A program made the translations under genes and the position numbers. Under the pieces are notes generated by a model that was not told the origin of the DNA, searched no databases, and saw nothing but the letters and a program-made list of their open reading frames with translations. Below are positions 1 to 7,506 of a stretch of DNA of 11,343 nucleotides, one piece after another. Origin of the DNA: Chloroflexota bacterium. Its GTDB lineage: Bacteria; Chloroflexota; Dehalococcoidia; Lucifugimonadales; Lucifugimonadaceae. The stretch covers positions 1 through 11,343 of the forward strand of contig PBHC01000010.1 in the NCBI GenBank assembly GCA_002719295.1, written 5' to 3'. The first letter of the stretch is position 1, and each line of letters starts with the position of its first letter.

Positions 1-89
1 CATGTCCTTCGTGGTCATCATCATCTTCATGTTTTTCGTGGCCATCATGTCCTTCGTGGTCATCATGTCCTTCGTGGTCATCATCATCT
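1..89 (-). repeat. Coding tandem repeat encoding the His-rich loop (DHEGHD units)
   Basis: 18-nt units start at 28 (degenerate), 46 and 64 (catgtccttcgtggtcat). Positions 1-26 are identical to 64-89. Confidence 0.9.
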
Positions 90-487
90 GAAAATTCAAT
101 TGGATTTATACTTGCGCCTACTTCAATTAATATATTTTCAGAATTTACTGAGTTTTCTAATAATTCCACTACACCGGTAGATTCATATTTTAATCCAATG
201 TAAAACACCAAATCTGCGTCAGCAATTTTCTTTGCATCTTGTGGTGATGCTTCAAAGCTATGCGGATCAGCCGAATAAGGCATCAGGATATTCAGGTCAA
301 TATTATCTTTTCCTATCTGCCTTACATATTCTGCAAGCATTGGTGTAGTTGCTAAAACATTAAGCTTTTCAACAGCTTCGTTTGAATCATTTGCTATAAC
401 TTCAACTGACTCTTTCTCATTTGAGCTACAAGCAATAATAAACAATGAAACAAAGATCATTGATACCTTAAAAAAGTTTGTATGCAT
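1..487 (-). CDS. znuA: Metal ABC transporter substrate-binding lipoprotein (ZnuA/AdcA/TroA, cluster A-I), 3' end runs off the window
   Basis: Translated by hand from ATG at 487: MHTNFFKVSMIFVSLFIIAC (lipobox, Cys20), then VLATTPMLAEYVRQIG, DPHSFEASPQD (first metal-ligand His), ADADLVFYIG and a His/Asp/Glu-rich loop (DDDDHEGHDDHEGHDGHEKH). GGAG Shine-Dalgarno at 497-500. The frame is open to the window edge. Confidence 0.9.
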   Translation of the reverse strand, partial: MHTNFFKVSMIFVSLFIIACSSNEKESVEVIANDSNEAVEKLNVLATTPMLAEYVRQIGKDNIDLNILMPYSADPHSFEASPQDAKKIADADLVFYIGLKYESTGVVELLENSVNSENILIEVGASINPIEFSDDDDHEGHDDHEGHDGHEKHEDDDDHEGH

Positions 488-541
488 TTTTATTTTCTCC
501 TATAATTACTATCTAAAAAACCTTACTTTTATAAATTAAAT

Positions 542-556
542 TGATACAAGATATCA
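542..556. promoter_or_regulatory. Putative Fur-family (Zur) operator, proximal
   Basis: TGATA-caaga-TATCA inverted repeat, 10/14 match to the 7-1-7 TGATAATnATTATCA box, 55 nt upstream of a znuA-like gene. Confidence 0.5.
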
Positions 557-626
557 TTAATTAGTTATTTATAAATAATTATACACGTAAAATATAAAAA
601 ATAAATAAATATTGCTTAAACTCAAA

Positions 627-641
627 TGAGATTATATATCA
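627..641. promoter_or_regulatory. Putative Fur-family (Zur) operator, distal
   Basis: TGAGA-ttata-TATCA has the same spacing as the proximal box and overlaps a minus-strand TATAAT (631-636). Confidence 0.4.
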
Positions 642-652
642 GTTAGTATTTG

Positions 653-1390
653 TTATTTTACTATAGGCTTTTTTTTGGGCATTCCGTCTCTTCTTGGGTA
701 TTCTCTAGGTGATATTTTCGTTTTTTCCCAAATTATAAAATTATCTTCTGGTAAAAATTTTGGAATTTTTATATTTTCGGTAATGTTTTTTGATACACCA
801 AGCATTTTTGTAATGAAAATTGAATCTTCTATTTCCTTGATAGGGTATTCTCCTTTTGCTGTAATAACTACCCCTCCAATATTTAATAAAGGAATTGTAA
901 GTTCAGCCAATGTTGGTAATTTTGCTAAAGCTCTAGTTAGTATTAAATCAAATGTTTCTCTGTGCTTGGATTGTCCTAATATTTCCGCTCTTTGATTATA
1001 AACTTGTATTCCTTTAAGTTCTAATTTTTCAGATATCTTATTTAAAAAATCACATTTTTTTTGTGAAGATTCAGCAAGAAAAAGATTCATATCAGGATAA
1101 AAAATTTTCATAGGTATTGAAGGAATTCCTGCTCCTGTACCTAAGTCCATAATTTTTAATTCTTTATTTCCGAAGAAATTCCGGTGAAAGTATTTAGTGT
1201 TTATGATATTTGCATATCGCATTGATCTAATAAATAGACTATCTCTTATTTCTTCCCAGGATTTTAATGCAGTTAAATTGAATTTTTTTGATGATTCAAT
1301 AATTTCATTATAAAAAATTAGAAGTTTATCAATTTTTTCTTCATCATAATCAATTGATAATTGATCTAATGCATTTCTTACTGTTTCCAT
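653..1390 (-). CDS. rsmG: 16S rRNA m7G527 methyltransferase RsmG/GidB
   Basis: FNLTA, SAM-binding DLGTGAGIP, ESSQKKCDFL, RAE, TRA, KG, and the C-terminal YPRRDGMPKKKP typical of long-form RsmG. Confidence 0.93.
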   Translation of the reverse strand: METVRNALDQLSIDYDEEKIDKLLIFYNEIIESSKKFNLTALKSWEEIRDSLFIRSMRYANIINTKYFHRNFFGNKELKIMDLGTGAGIPSIPMKIFYPDMNLFLAESSQKKCDFLNKISEKLELKGIQVYNQRAEILGQSKHRETFDLILTRALAKLPTLAELTIPLLNIGGVVITAKGEYPIKEIEDSIFITKMLGVSKNITENIKIPKFLPEDNFIIWEKTKISPREYPRRDGMPKKKPIVK

Positions 1391-1396
1391 AAAAAT

Positions 1397-1402
1397 ATTC
1401 TA
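1397..1402 (-). promoter_or_regulatory. Putative -10 element of a leaderless rsmG transcript
   Basis: Minus strand reads TAGAAT-attttt-ATG, with no Shine-Dalgarno site. Confidence 0.5.
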
Positions 1403-1449
1403 AAACCATAAATAAGATAATTACATAACTATTGAGCCAAATAGAAGTT

Positions 1450-1455
1450 TATAAT
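1450..1455 (+). promoter_or_regulatory. Putative -10 element for etfBA
   Basis: Perfect TATAAT in the divergent intergenic region, 41 nt before the etfB ATG. No well-spaced -35 is visible. Confidence 0.35.
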
Positions 1456-1496
1456 AATTTAAAAGGTAATAAATTGTTGATTAAGAAAAATAAATC

Positions 1497-2291
1497 ATGA
1501 AAATATGTGTATGCATAAAAGAAGTTCCTGATTCAGATGTTCCATCAAATAAACTTCAAATAGATAATGAAAATAAAAAAATATTACCTATAGAAAATGT
1601 TTCAAATATAGTCAATGGGTTTGATTTGAACGCTGTAGAACTTGCACTGAAATTTTCTGAAAACTTTGAGGATTCATCTATTACTATACTGTCTGTTGGA
1701 AACAACTTAACAAGTGATGTTATAAAAAAACCTTTAGCTATGGGAGCTGATGAATTAATTACTTGTGAAGATCCATCTATTGAAAAAATGGACATCAGCG
1801 GAATTGCCAAGGTGCTTACTAGAATTATTAGTAAAACAGGCCCGTATGATATTATTTTCTGTGGCAGACACGCATCAGATTTTGATAATGCTAGTGTTCC
1901 TTTTGGAATTTCTGAAATTCTTTCAATTCCTCTAATAAATATTGTAAAAGATATAAAAAAAATTGATAAAAAAATCATATTCGAAAAAGTTATTACAGAT
2001 GGAATTCAGACTGTTGAATGTGAAATGCCTTTGGTTGTTACTACTGGAAATCAGGTGGGAGACCCAAGGTATCCGACTTTAAAAGGAATTATGGAAGCTT
2101 CAAAAAAAGAAATAAATAAAATTTCATTAAATGATCTAGATTTGAGCCAAAAAGAAATCACCCCTAAAGTGAAAATTGAAGAAATATATTTTCCAGAAAA
2201 TGAAAATAAAGTAGAAATCATTGAAGGTGATAGTAATAAAGAAAAAGCTGTAAATCTGATAACCAAATTAAAGGAAGAAGGAGTTATCTAG
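1497..2291 (+). CDS. etfB: Electron transfer flavoprotein beta subunit (EtfB/FixA family)
   Basis: MKICVCIKEVPD, NGFDLNAVELA, LAMGAD, GRHASDFD, PRYPTLKGIM; adjacent to etfA. Confidence 0.95.
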   Translation: MKICVCIKEVPDSDVPSNKLQIDNENKKILPIENVSNIVNGFDLNAVELALKFSENFEDSSITILSVGNNLTSDVIKKPLAMGADELITCEDPSIEKMDISGIAKVLTRIISKTGPYDIIFCGRHASDFDNASVPFGISEILSIPLINIVKDIKKIDKKIIFEKVITDGIQTVECEMPLVVTTGNQVGDPRYPTLKGIMEASKKEINKISLNDLDLSQKEITPKVKIEEIYFPENENKVEIIEGDSNKEKAVNLITKLKEEGVI

Positions 2292-2293
2292 AG

Positions 2294-3250
2294 ATGAATA
2301 TTTTAACCGTAATAATTAACGAAAATAAAATGTTAGATGAAGCATCTTTAGAAATTTTTTCCTTTATTGATGATCTTGAACCTTCAAACAAAATAACAAC
2401 CTTAGTTTTTGGAGGAGAAAAATCTATTATATCTAATCTTCCTAGTGATGAAATTTTTTATGTATCAATAGACAAATCTGAAGAATTAAATCCTAATAGT
2501 GTTCTTCAAACTATTGATAAATTTACTAATGAAAAAAAATTTGATCTAATCATATTTCAAAAAGATGATATATCAAATTATGTGGCTCCATCATTATCAT
2601 TTAGAAAAGATTTTTCTTACTTGCCTGACGTAAAAAAGTTTGTTTCTAAAAATGAAAGAGAAATAAAATTTGTTAGGCCTGTACATGGAGAGTCAGCAGA
2701 AGCAATTTATTCAGTAGATACTGATTCTACTATTGTTATAAAAATAAGAAAAAGCTCTTTCGAAGCAAAATCTTTAGGGGATCATAGCAATTCAGTAAAT
2801 GAAATTATTTTAGAAAAATCATTAGATAGCACTTTTAAAATAATAGAAACAAAAAAAGTTAAGCCTGAAGGTATTCAGCTAGATGAAGCAGACATAGTTA
2901 TTTCTGGAGGACGAGGCATAGGAAGCAAGGAAGGTTTTGATAATTTAAAAAAACTAGCTACTCTTCTTAATGGGGCAGTAGGAGCATCAAGAGCAGCAGT
3001 TGAATCTGAATGGATAGAAACAAGTCATTTAGTAGGATTAACAGGCAAATGGATAAGCCCTGCTCTATATTTTACATTTGGTATTTCAGGGGCCAGCCAG
3101 CATCTTGCAGGATGCATTAACTCAAAAAATATTGTTGCAGTAAATACAGATCCTGATGCATCAATTTTTAATCACTCAAAATTTGGAGTCGTTGCTGACT
3201 GTAATGATTTTATAAAAGAAGTGATTGAAGAAATAAAAAACATTCAATAA
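2294..3250 (+). CDS. etfA: Electron transfer flavoprotein alpha subunit (EtfA/FixB family)
   Basis: C-terminal FAD domain: LDEADIVISGGRG, VGASRAAV, VGLTGK, GISGASQHLAG, AVNTDPDASIF. GGAG Shine-Dalgarno upstream; starts 2 nt after the etfB stop. Confidence 0.95.
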   Translation: MNILTVIINENKMLDEASLEIFSFIDDLEPSNKITTLVFGGEKSIISNLPSDEIFYVSIDKSEELNPNSVLQTIDKFTNEKKFDLIIFQKDDISNYVAPSLSFRKDFSYLPDVKKFVSKNEREIKFVRPVHGESAEAIYSVDTDSTIVIKIRKSSFEAKSLGDHSNSVNEIILEKSLDSTFKIIETKKVKPEGIQLDEADIVISGGRGIGSKEGFDNLKKLATLLNGAVGASRAAVESEWIETSHLVGLTGKWISPALYFTFGISGASQHLAGCINSKNIVAVNTDPDASIFNHSKFGVVADCNDFIKEVIEEIKNIQ

Positions 3251-3255
3251 GTTTA

Positions 3256-4290
3256 TTGAAAAAATTCCTCAAAATTTCAACTTTCATAATATCAATATTT
3301 TTCCTTTTATTTATGAAAGATGCTGAGAGGATTTCTGAAATAGATAAAATAATTTCAGGACAAAAATTTAACCTTTTGACTTGGGAATTAAAGAAACTAC
3401 CTAAAAAAACCATAGATATTTTTGTATCATCAGAACTTACAGAATTAGAAGTAAAAGAAATATTACAAAAAGAAAATATTTCTAATAAAAATGAACTAGA
3501 ATTATTTTTTCAAGAAGAAGTAACAGAATTGATAAAAGAAGAATTGGGTAAAGAGTTCCTTTTTCCTCCTCTGGCTGTTTCTTTGGAAAAACCTCCAAAA
3601 GTGCTAATTGTCTCTCCTAGAGATAGGATTTCTCAAAAAATAGCAATTCTGATTAATAATGATATTTCTATGAAAGAAATCGAATTAATAGAAAACACAA
3701 TAGATTCTCTTAATTTATCGTCAATAATTTTAGATACTGGTGGATTTGCTGCCTATCCAAGCATAGTAAATATAAAGAAAGACTACAATTTTTTGATTTC
3801 TACAATTTCTCATGAATGGCTTCATCATTATTTATTTTTTTTCCCTCTTGGTCGATCATATTTTAAAGGAGGAGACATGATTTTTATCAACGAAACCTTA
3901 GCAGATTTATTCGCAATCCAAATCACGAATAATAAAAAAACAGAAGAATCTATTTCTGATAAATTTTTTAAACCTTTTATGAAGGAAACTAGAGAAAAAG
4001 TAGATAAACTTTTAATCAATAATGAAGTTGAAATGGCAGAAAAATATATGAATCAAAGAGTGCTTGAATTAAATGAAAAAGGATATAAAGTCAGAAAAAT
4101 TAATCAAGCTTATTTTGCTTTTTATGGAAATTATGGAACATCTCCTTCTTCTACGCACAATTATCATAAAAAATTATCAGATTTATTAATAACTTACGAT
4201 TCATTTGCTGAATTTTTGAATGAAATCAAAATGATAGATGATGTAAACAAATTCGAGAGTTTGATAAATTTAAGAACATTAAACAATTGA
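3256..4290 (+). CDS. Uncharacterised membrane-anchored or secreted HExxH zinc metallopeptidase-like protein (gluzincin-type)
   Basis: TTG start, basic then hydrophobic N-terminus, GGFAAYP, HEWLH (3811-3825) followed 22 residues later by NE(TLA). The long ORF fills the gap between etfA and hflK. Confidence 0.7.
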   Translation: MKKFLKISTFIISIFFLLFMKDAERISEIDKIISGQKFNLLTWELKKLPKKTIDIFVSSELTELEVKEILQKENISNKNELELFFQEEVTELIKEELGKEFLFPPLAVSLEKPPKVLIVSPRDRISQKIAILINNDISMKEIELIENTIDSLNLSSIILDTGGFAAYPSIVNIKKDYNFLISTISHEWLHHYLFFFPLGRSYFKGGDMIFINETLADLFAIQITNNKKTEESISDKFFKPFMKETREKVDKLLINNEVEMAEKYMNQRVLELNEKGYKVRKINQAYFAFYGNYGTSPSSTHNYHKKLSDLLITYDSFAEFLNEIKMIDDVNKFESLINLRTLNN

Positions 4291-4299
4291 TAAATGGGT

Positions 4300-4305
4300 T
4301 ATAAT
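4300..4305 (+). promoter_or_regulatory. Putative -10 element of a leaderless hflK transcript
   Basis: TATAAT-taaagt-ATG, with no Shine-Dalgarno site. Confidence 0.55.
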
Positions 4306-4311
4306 TAAAGT

Positions 4312-5391
4312 ATGAATCTAATAAGAAAAACTTTTGGAATTGCAAAATCATACAGACCTCCATCAGGAGGAAGAAAAGATGAGTATGATATTTCCTTTCA
4401 AGAATTTATAGACAACTTAAAAAATAATTTACCTTTCTTAAATAAGTTTCCACAAGGAAATAAATCAATAATACTTATAGGTGTTATTGTGTTGGCAGTA
4501 GTTTGGGCTGCTTCCGGAATTTATACTGTAGGACCAGACCAGCAAGCATCTTTAAGAATGTTTGGTAAATTTCAAACTATTCAAACGAATGGTTTGCACT
4601 GGTGGTGGCCATCTCCTATTGGGCAAAAAGATGTAGTTGTTACTACTGCAACTAGACAGTTAGAATTAGGATTTAGAAGTGAAGGAGAAGACGTTACACA
4701 AGCTGTTCCTTACGAATCTATAATGATTACTGGTGATGAAAATCTTGTTGATGTTCAAGCCGTAGTACAATATAAAATTTCAGATTTAAGAAATTATCTT
4801 TTTGCAGTAGATGACCCAGGAGAAAGAGATAGAAATGTTGATCCTGGAAGACCAGATGGAGTTACTCTGCGAGATATTACTGAAACAGCTCTAAGACAAG
4901 TAGTAGGAAAAAGAAACATCGACGATGTTCTTACCACTCAAAAAGCAGAAGTTCAAGATGAAGTACTTTCAAAAATGAGACAACTAACCGGTTTATACAG
5001 TACTGGAATAGAAGTTATCGCAGTTAGGCTTCAAAATGTAAACCCTCCTGTGCAAGTCCAAGATGCATTTGATGATGTTACTAGGGCTAGAGAAGAAAGA
5101 GATAGAATTATAAACCTTGCTGATGCATATAAGGAATCAGAAATTCCTAGAGCTAGAGGTGAGGCTGCTAAAATTACAGAATCTGCTGAAGCTTTCAAAC
5201 AAGGGCGTATAGCAAGAGCTCAAGGTGAAGCTGAAGGGTTTAAAAAACTTTTAGAAGCTTATGAAAAATCTCCAGAAGTTACAAGGCAAAGGCTTTATTT
5301 GGAAATGGTCGAAAGAGTCTTCCCAAAATTTAACAAATATATTATTAATGAAGCAAAAATCCTGCCTCTTTTGGATATAGAGTCTAACTAA
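4312..5391 (+). CDS. hflK: FtsH protease modulator HflK (SPFH/band 7)
   Basis: N-terminal cytoplasmic extension, TM helix, MITGDENLVDV, VQYKI, ETALRQVVG, PPVQVQDAFDDV, IPRARGEA, PEVTRQRLYLE. Confidence 0.93.
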   Translation: MNLIRKTFGIAKSYRPPSGGRKDEYDISFQEFIDNLKNNLPFLNKFPQGNKSIILIGVIVLAVVWAASGIYTVGPDQQASLRMFGKFQTIQTNGLHWWWPSPIGQKDVVVTTATRQLELGFRSEGEDVTQAVPYESIMITGDENLVDVQAVVQYKISDLRNYLFAVDDPGERDRNVDPGRPDGVTLRDITETALRQVVGKRNIDDVLTTQKAEVQDEVLSKMRQLTGLYSTGIEVIAVRLQNVNPPVQVQDAFDDVTRAREERDRIINLADAYKESEIPRARGEAAKITESAEAFKQGRIARAQGEAEGFKKLLEAYEKSPEVTRQRLYLEMVERVFPKFNKYIINEAKILPLLDIESN

Positions 5392-5403
5392 TAAGGAAAT
5401 TTT

Positions 5404-6441
5404 ATGAATAAAAAAGGAACACCAATAATCATTCTTGCAGTAATAGCAATTTTTGTTATTCTTCAAGCCTTTTTTACAGTTGATGAAACAGAAGTGGCAA
5501 TTGTAACTACTTTTGGTGAATTTAAGCAGTCACATACATCACCTGGTTTGAAAATGAAAACACCATTTGTTGATTCTGTTACAAAATTTGATAAAAGATT
5601 ACAGAGAGTTGACGTACCTCCAGAGGCATTATTAACTAGTGATAAAAAACGTTTAACTGTTGATGCGTACGCTCGCTACAAAATTATAAATCCTTTGGTC
5701 TTTTTCAAAAATTTGACTAATGAATCTACTGCTGATTCAAGAATTGCAAGTATAGTAGCTTCAAAAATTAGAGAAGAAATTGCGCAAGATACTCAAGAAG
5801 AAATTATTTCTGCTAAAAGAGAAAATGTTATGGCAAACATCACTACAATGTCTAATTTGTTTGAAATCTCCTTACTAGAAGCTCAAGCGTTAGAAAATGG
5901 ACTTCAAAATACTGACCTATTTATGTACACAAAAGAATTGGGTCAAAATTACTTTACCTTAGCAGACAACAATGAGATAGCTTCAATATTAAGTGGCTCT
6001 CTTGATGAAAAAACAGAAATAAAATACTATCTTCCTCTTCAGAATATTTGGGGAGTTGAAGTATTTGATGTAAGGATCAAGCGAGCAGATTTTCCTGATT
6101 CAGTAGAAAATTCAATTTTTGAAAGAATGGTAGCTGAAAGATTCAGAAAAGCCAGCGCATTTAGAGCTGAAGGTGAAGAGCAAGATAAAGAAATTAGAGC
6201 TGCTGTTGATAGGGAAGTAGAAATTACATTGGAAACTGCAAAAGGGCAATCGGCCATAACAAGAGGTGAAGGAGAAGCATTAGCCATTGACGCACTTGCT
6301 GATGCTCTTAAATCTGATCCAGAGTTTTATGGGTTTGTTCGTTCATTGGAAGCTTATGAAAAATCATTAGCTAATGACACAACTGTGATTTTAGACCCTG
6401 AGAGCGAGTTATTTAAGTATTTAGAGAAATATTCTAAATAG
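5404..6441 (+). CDS. hflC: FtsH protease modulator HflC (SPFH/band 7)
   Basis: TM helix, LTSDKKRLTVDAYARYKI, GVEVFDVRIKRADFP, IFERMVAER, RGEGEA, DPEFYGFVRSLEAY. AAGGA Shine-Dalgarno; follows hflK. Confidence 0.93.
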   Translation: MNKKGTPIIILAVIAIFVILQAFFTVDETEVAIVTTFGEFKQSHTSPGLKMKTPFVDSVTKFDKRLQRVDVPPEALLTSDKKRLTVDAYARYKIINPLVFFKNLTNESTADSRIASIVASKIREEIAQDTQEEIISAKRENVMANITTMSNLFEISLLEAQALENGLQNTDLFMYTKELGQNYFTLADNNEIASILSGSLDEKTEIKYYLPLQNIWGVEVFDVRIKRADFPDSVENSIFERMVAERFRKASAFRAEGEEQDKEIRAAVDREVEITLETAKGQSAITRGEGEALAIDALADALKSDPEFYGFVRSLEAYEKSLANDTTVILDPESELFKYLEKYSK

Positions 6442-6445
6442 TTAT

Positions 6446-7504
6446 TTATCTGAAAGTAGTATTTTCTCCGTTTTTTAAATCATCCCACACTTCATCTATA
6501 GAAGCATAGTTAGTCCCCATTTGCTGTCCTGTAGTTCTTTTACCAGATGTAGATTCAAGGAACCCATAGACAATTCCTATGGCATTACCTTCATTGTCAA
6601 TAATAGGGCCTCCTGAATCTCCAGGATCTGCAGCAGCATCAAAAACAATTATTGACACATTGGCACCTAATTTATCTCCATTGTAATATGAACTACCTTT
6701 TTCAAAATTTAAAGTAGTTGCAGCTATTTTGACATAAGTAATTATTCCAGAATGGCTTGATGGTACCCCTGCGTTTCCAGCTGAATAACCAATTGTAAAT
6801 ACCTCTTTTCCAATATCATCTACGTCAACTGATTTTTTCTTAAATGGATCTATGCCATGGTCTACTTTTACAGCAGCTAAATCTCTTTTTCTATCGATTC
6901 CAAATACTTCTCCTTGAATACTAGAAACTCCAGAAGACTTATTAGGATCTGGTATCAAGACCACAACATACTTATTTGTTCCTACAACATGCTCATTTGT
7001 TATTATCCATCCATCTTCTATAGCCCAGCCAGTGCCGGTACTGTTGCCAACCTCTATCATAACTACCTTATTTTTATTTTTTCTATAAATATCAAATGCT
7101 ATATCTCCACTAGGAGTTATGGAGTCTATAGGTTGCGGGGTAGCAGTGGGTTGAGGTGTGGCAGTAGGTTGAGGAGTAGGAATTGGAGCTAACTGTGGGA
7201 CTATTTCAGGAATAAATTCTTCCACGATGAAACGATCTCTTTCTTTAGAAACCTCATAAACTTCATTTGCATAAGTTTTAGCTATATCTTTAACGCGTTC
7301 TTCTTGGAATGCAGTTTTTGTTGCAGTTGGTTGCGGGGTAGCAGTGGGTTGAGCTGTTGGAATAGGTTGAGGGGTTGGTGTCTTTAGCATACTTATATTG
7401 TATTCAGCAATTTTTTGAGCCCTTGCATCTATCGTAGCTTCTATATTAATTTCTTCACCGCACGAAATTATAAATAATAATGTTAGTAAAATAATTCTTT
7501 TCAT
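6446..7504 (-). CDS. Trypsin-like (S1, HtrA-like) serine protease lipoprotein with Pro/Thr-rich linkers and no PDZ domain
   Basis: Lipobox IISC, two PTATPQ repeat blocks, GTGW, catalytic triad motifs TNEHVV, RDLAAVKV and PGDSGGP. The protein ends right after the protease domain. Confidence 0.88.
   Translation of the reverse strand: MKRIILLTLLFIISCGEEINIEATIDARAQKIAEYNISMLKTPTPQPIPTAQPTATPQPTATKTAFQEERVKDIAKTYANEVYEVSKERDRFIVEEFIPEIVPQLAPIPTPQPTATPQPTATPQPIDSITPSGDIAFDIYRKNKNKVVMIEVGNSTGTGWAIEDGWIITNEHVVGTNKYVVVLIPDPNKSSGVSSIQGEVFGIDRKRDLAAVKVDHGIDPFKKKSVDVDDIGKEVFTIGYSAGNAGVPSSHSGIITYVKIAATTLNFEKGSSYYNGDKLGANVSIIVFDAAADPGDSGGPIIDNEGNAIGIVYGFLESTSGKRTTGQQMGTNYASIDEVWDDLKNGENTTFR
7131..7380 (-). 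repeat. Two blocks of coding Pro/Thr repeats (PTATPQ), about 7131-7186 and 7323-7380
   Basis: 18-nt periodicity. An exact 25-nt duplicate ggttgcggggtagcagtgggttgag lies at 7131-7155 and 7329-7353. Confidence 0.85.
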
Positions 7505-7506
7505 AT

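Noticed and set aside
1..89. Short direct repeats as a possible CRISPR array
   Set aside because: In-frame 18-nt coding repeats with no unique spacers and no cas genes.
565..578. Perfect 14-bp palindrome TTATTTATAAATAA
   Set aside because: Contains only A/T in a very AT-rich spacer; too weak for a terminator and plausible by chance.
675..995. 106-aa plus-strand ORF
   Set aside because: Antisense shadow of rsmG with no recognisable motif.
1556..2266. Minus-strand ORFs 1556-1978 and 2051-2266
   Set aside because: Antisense shadows of etfB; the Ile/Ser/Phe-rich composition is typical of reverse frames in AT-rich genes.
3865..3879. Strong SD-like AAAGGAGGAG before an in-frame internal ATG (3877)
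   Set aside because: Explained by Lys-Gly-Gly-Asp-Met codons; the product would lack the HExxH motif.
4261..4295. Direct repeat ttgataaat at 4261 and 4287 upstream of hflK
   Set aside because: Only 9 nt, AT-rich and mostly within coding sequence; insufficient support for an operator.
3210..6287. Small minus-strand ORFs 3210-3413, 3828-4019, 5251-5466 and 6039-6287
   Set aside because: They overlap well-supported plus-strand genes and show no motifs.
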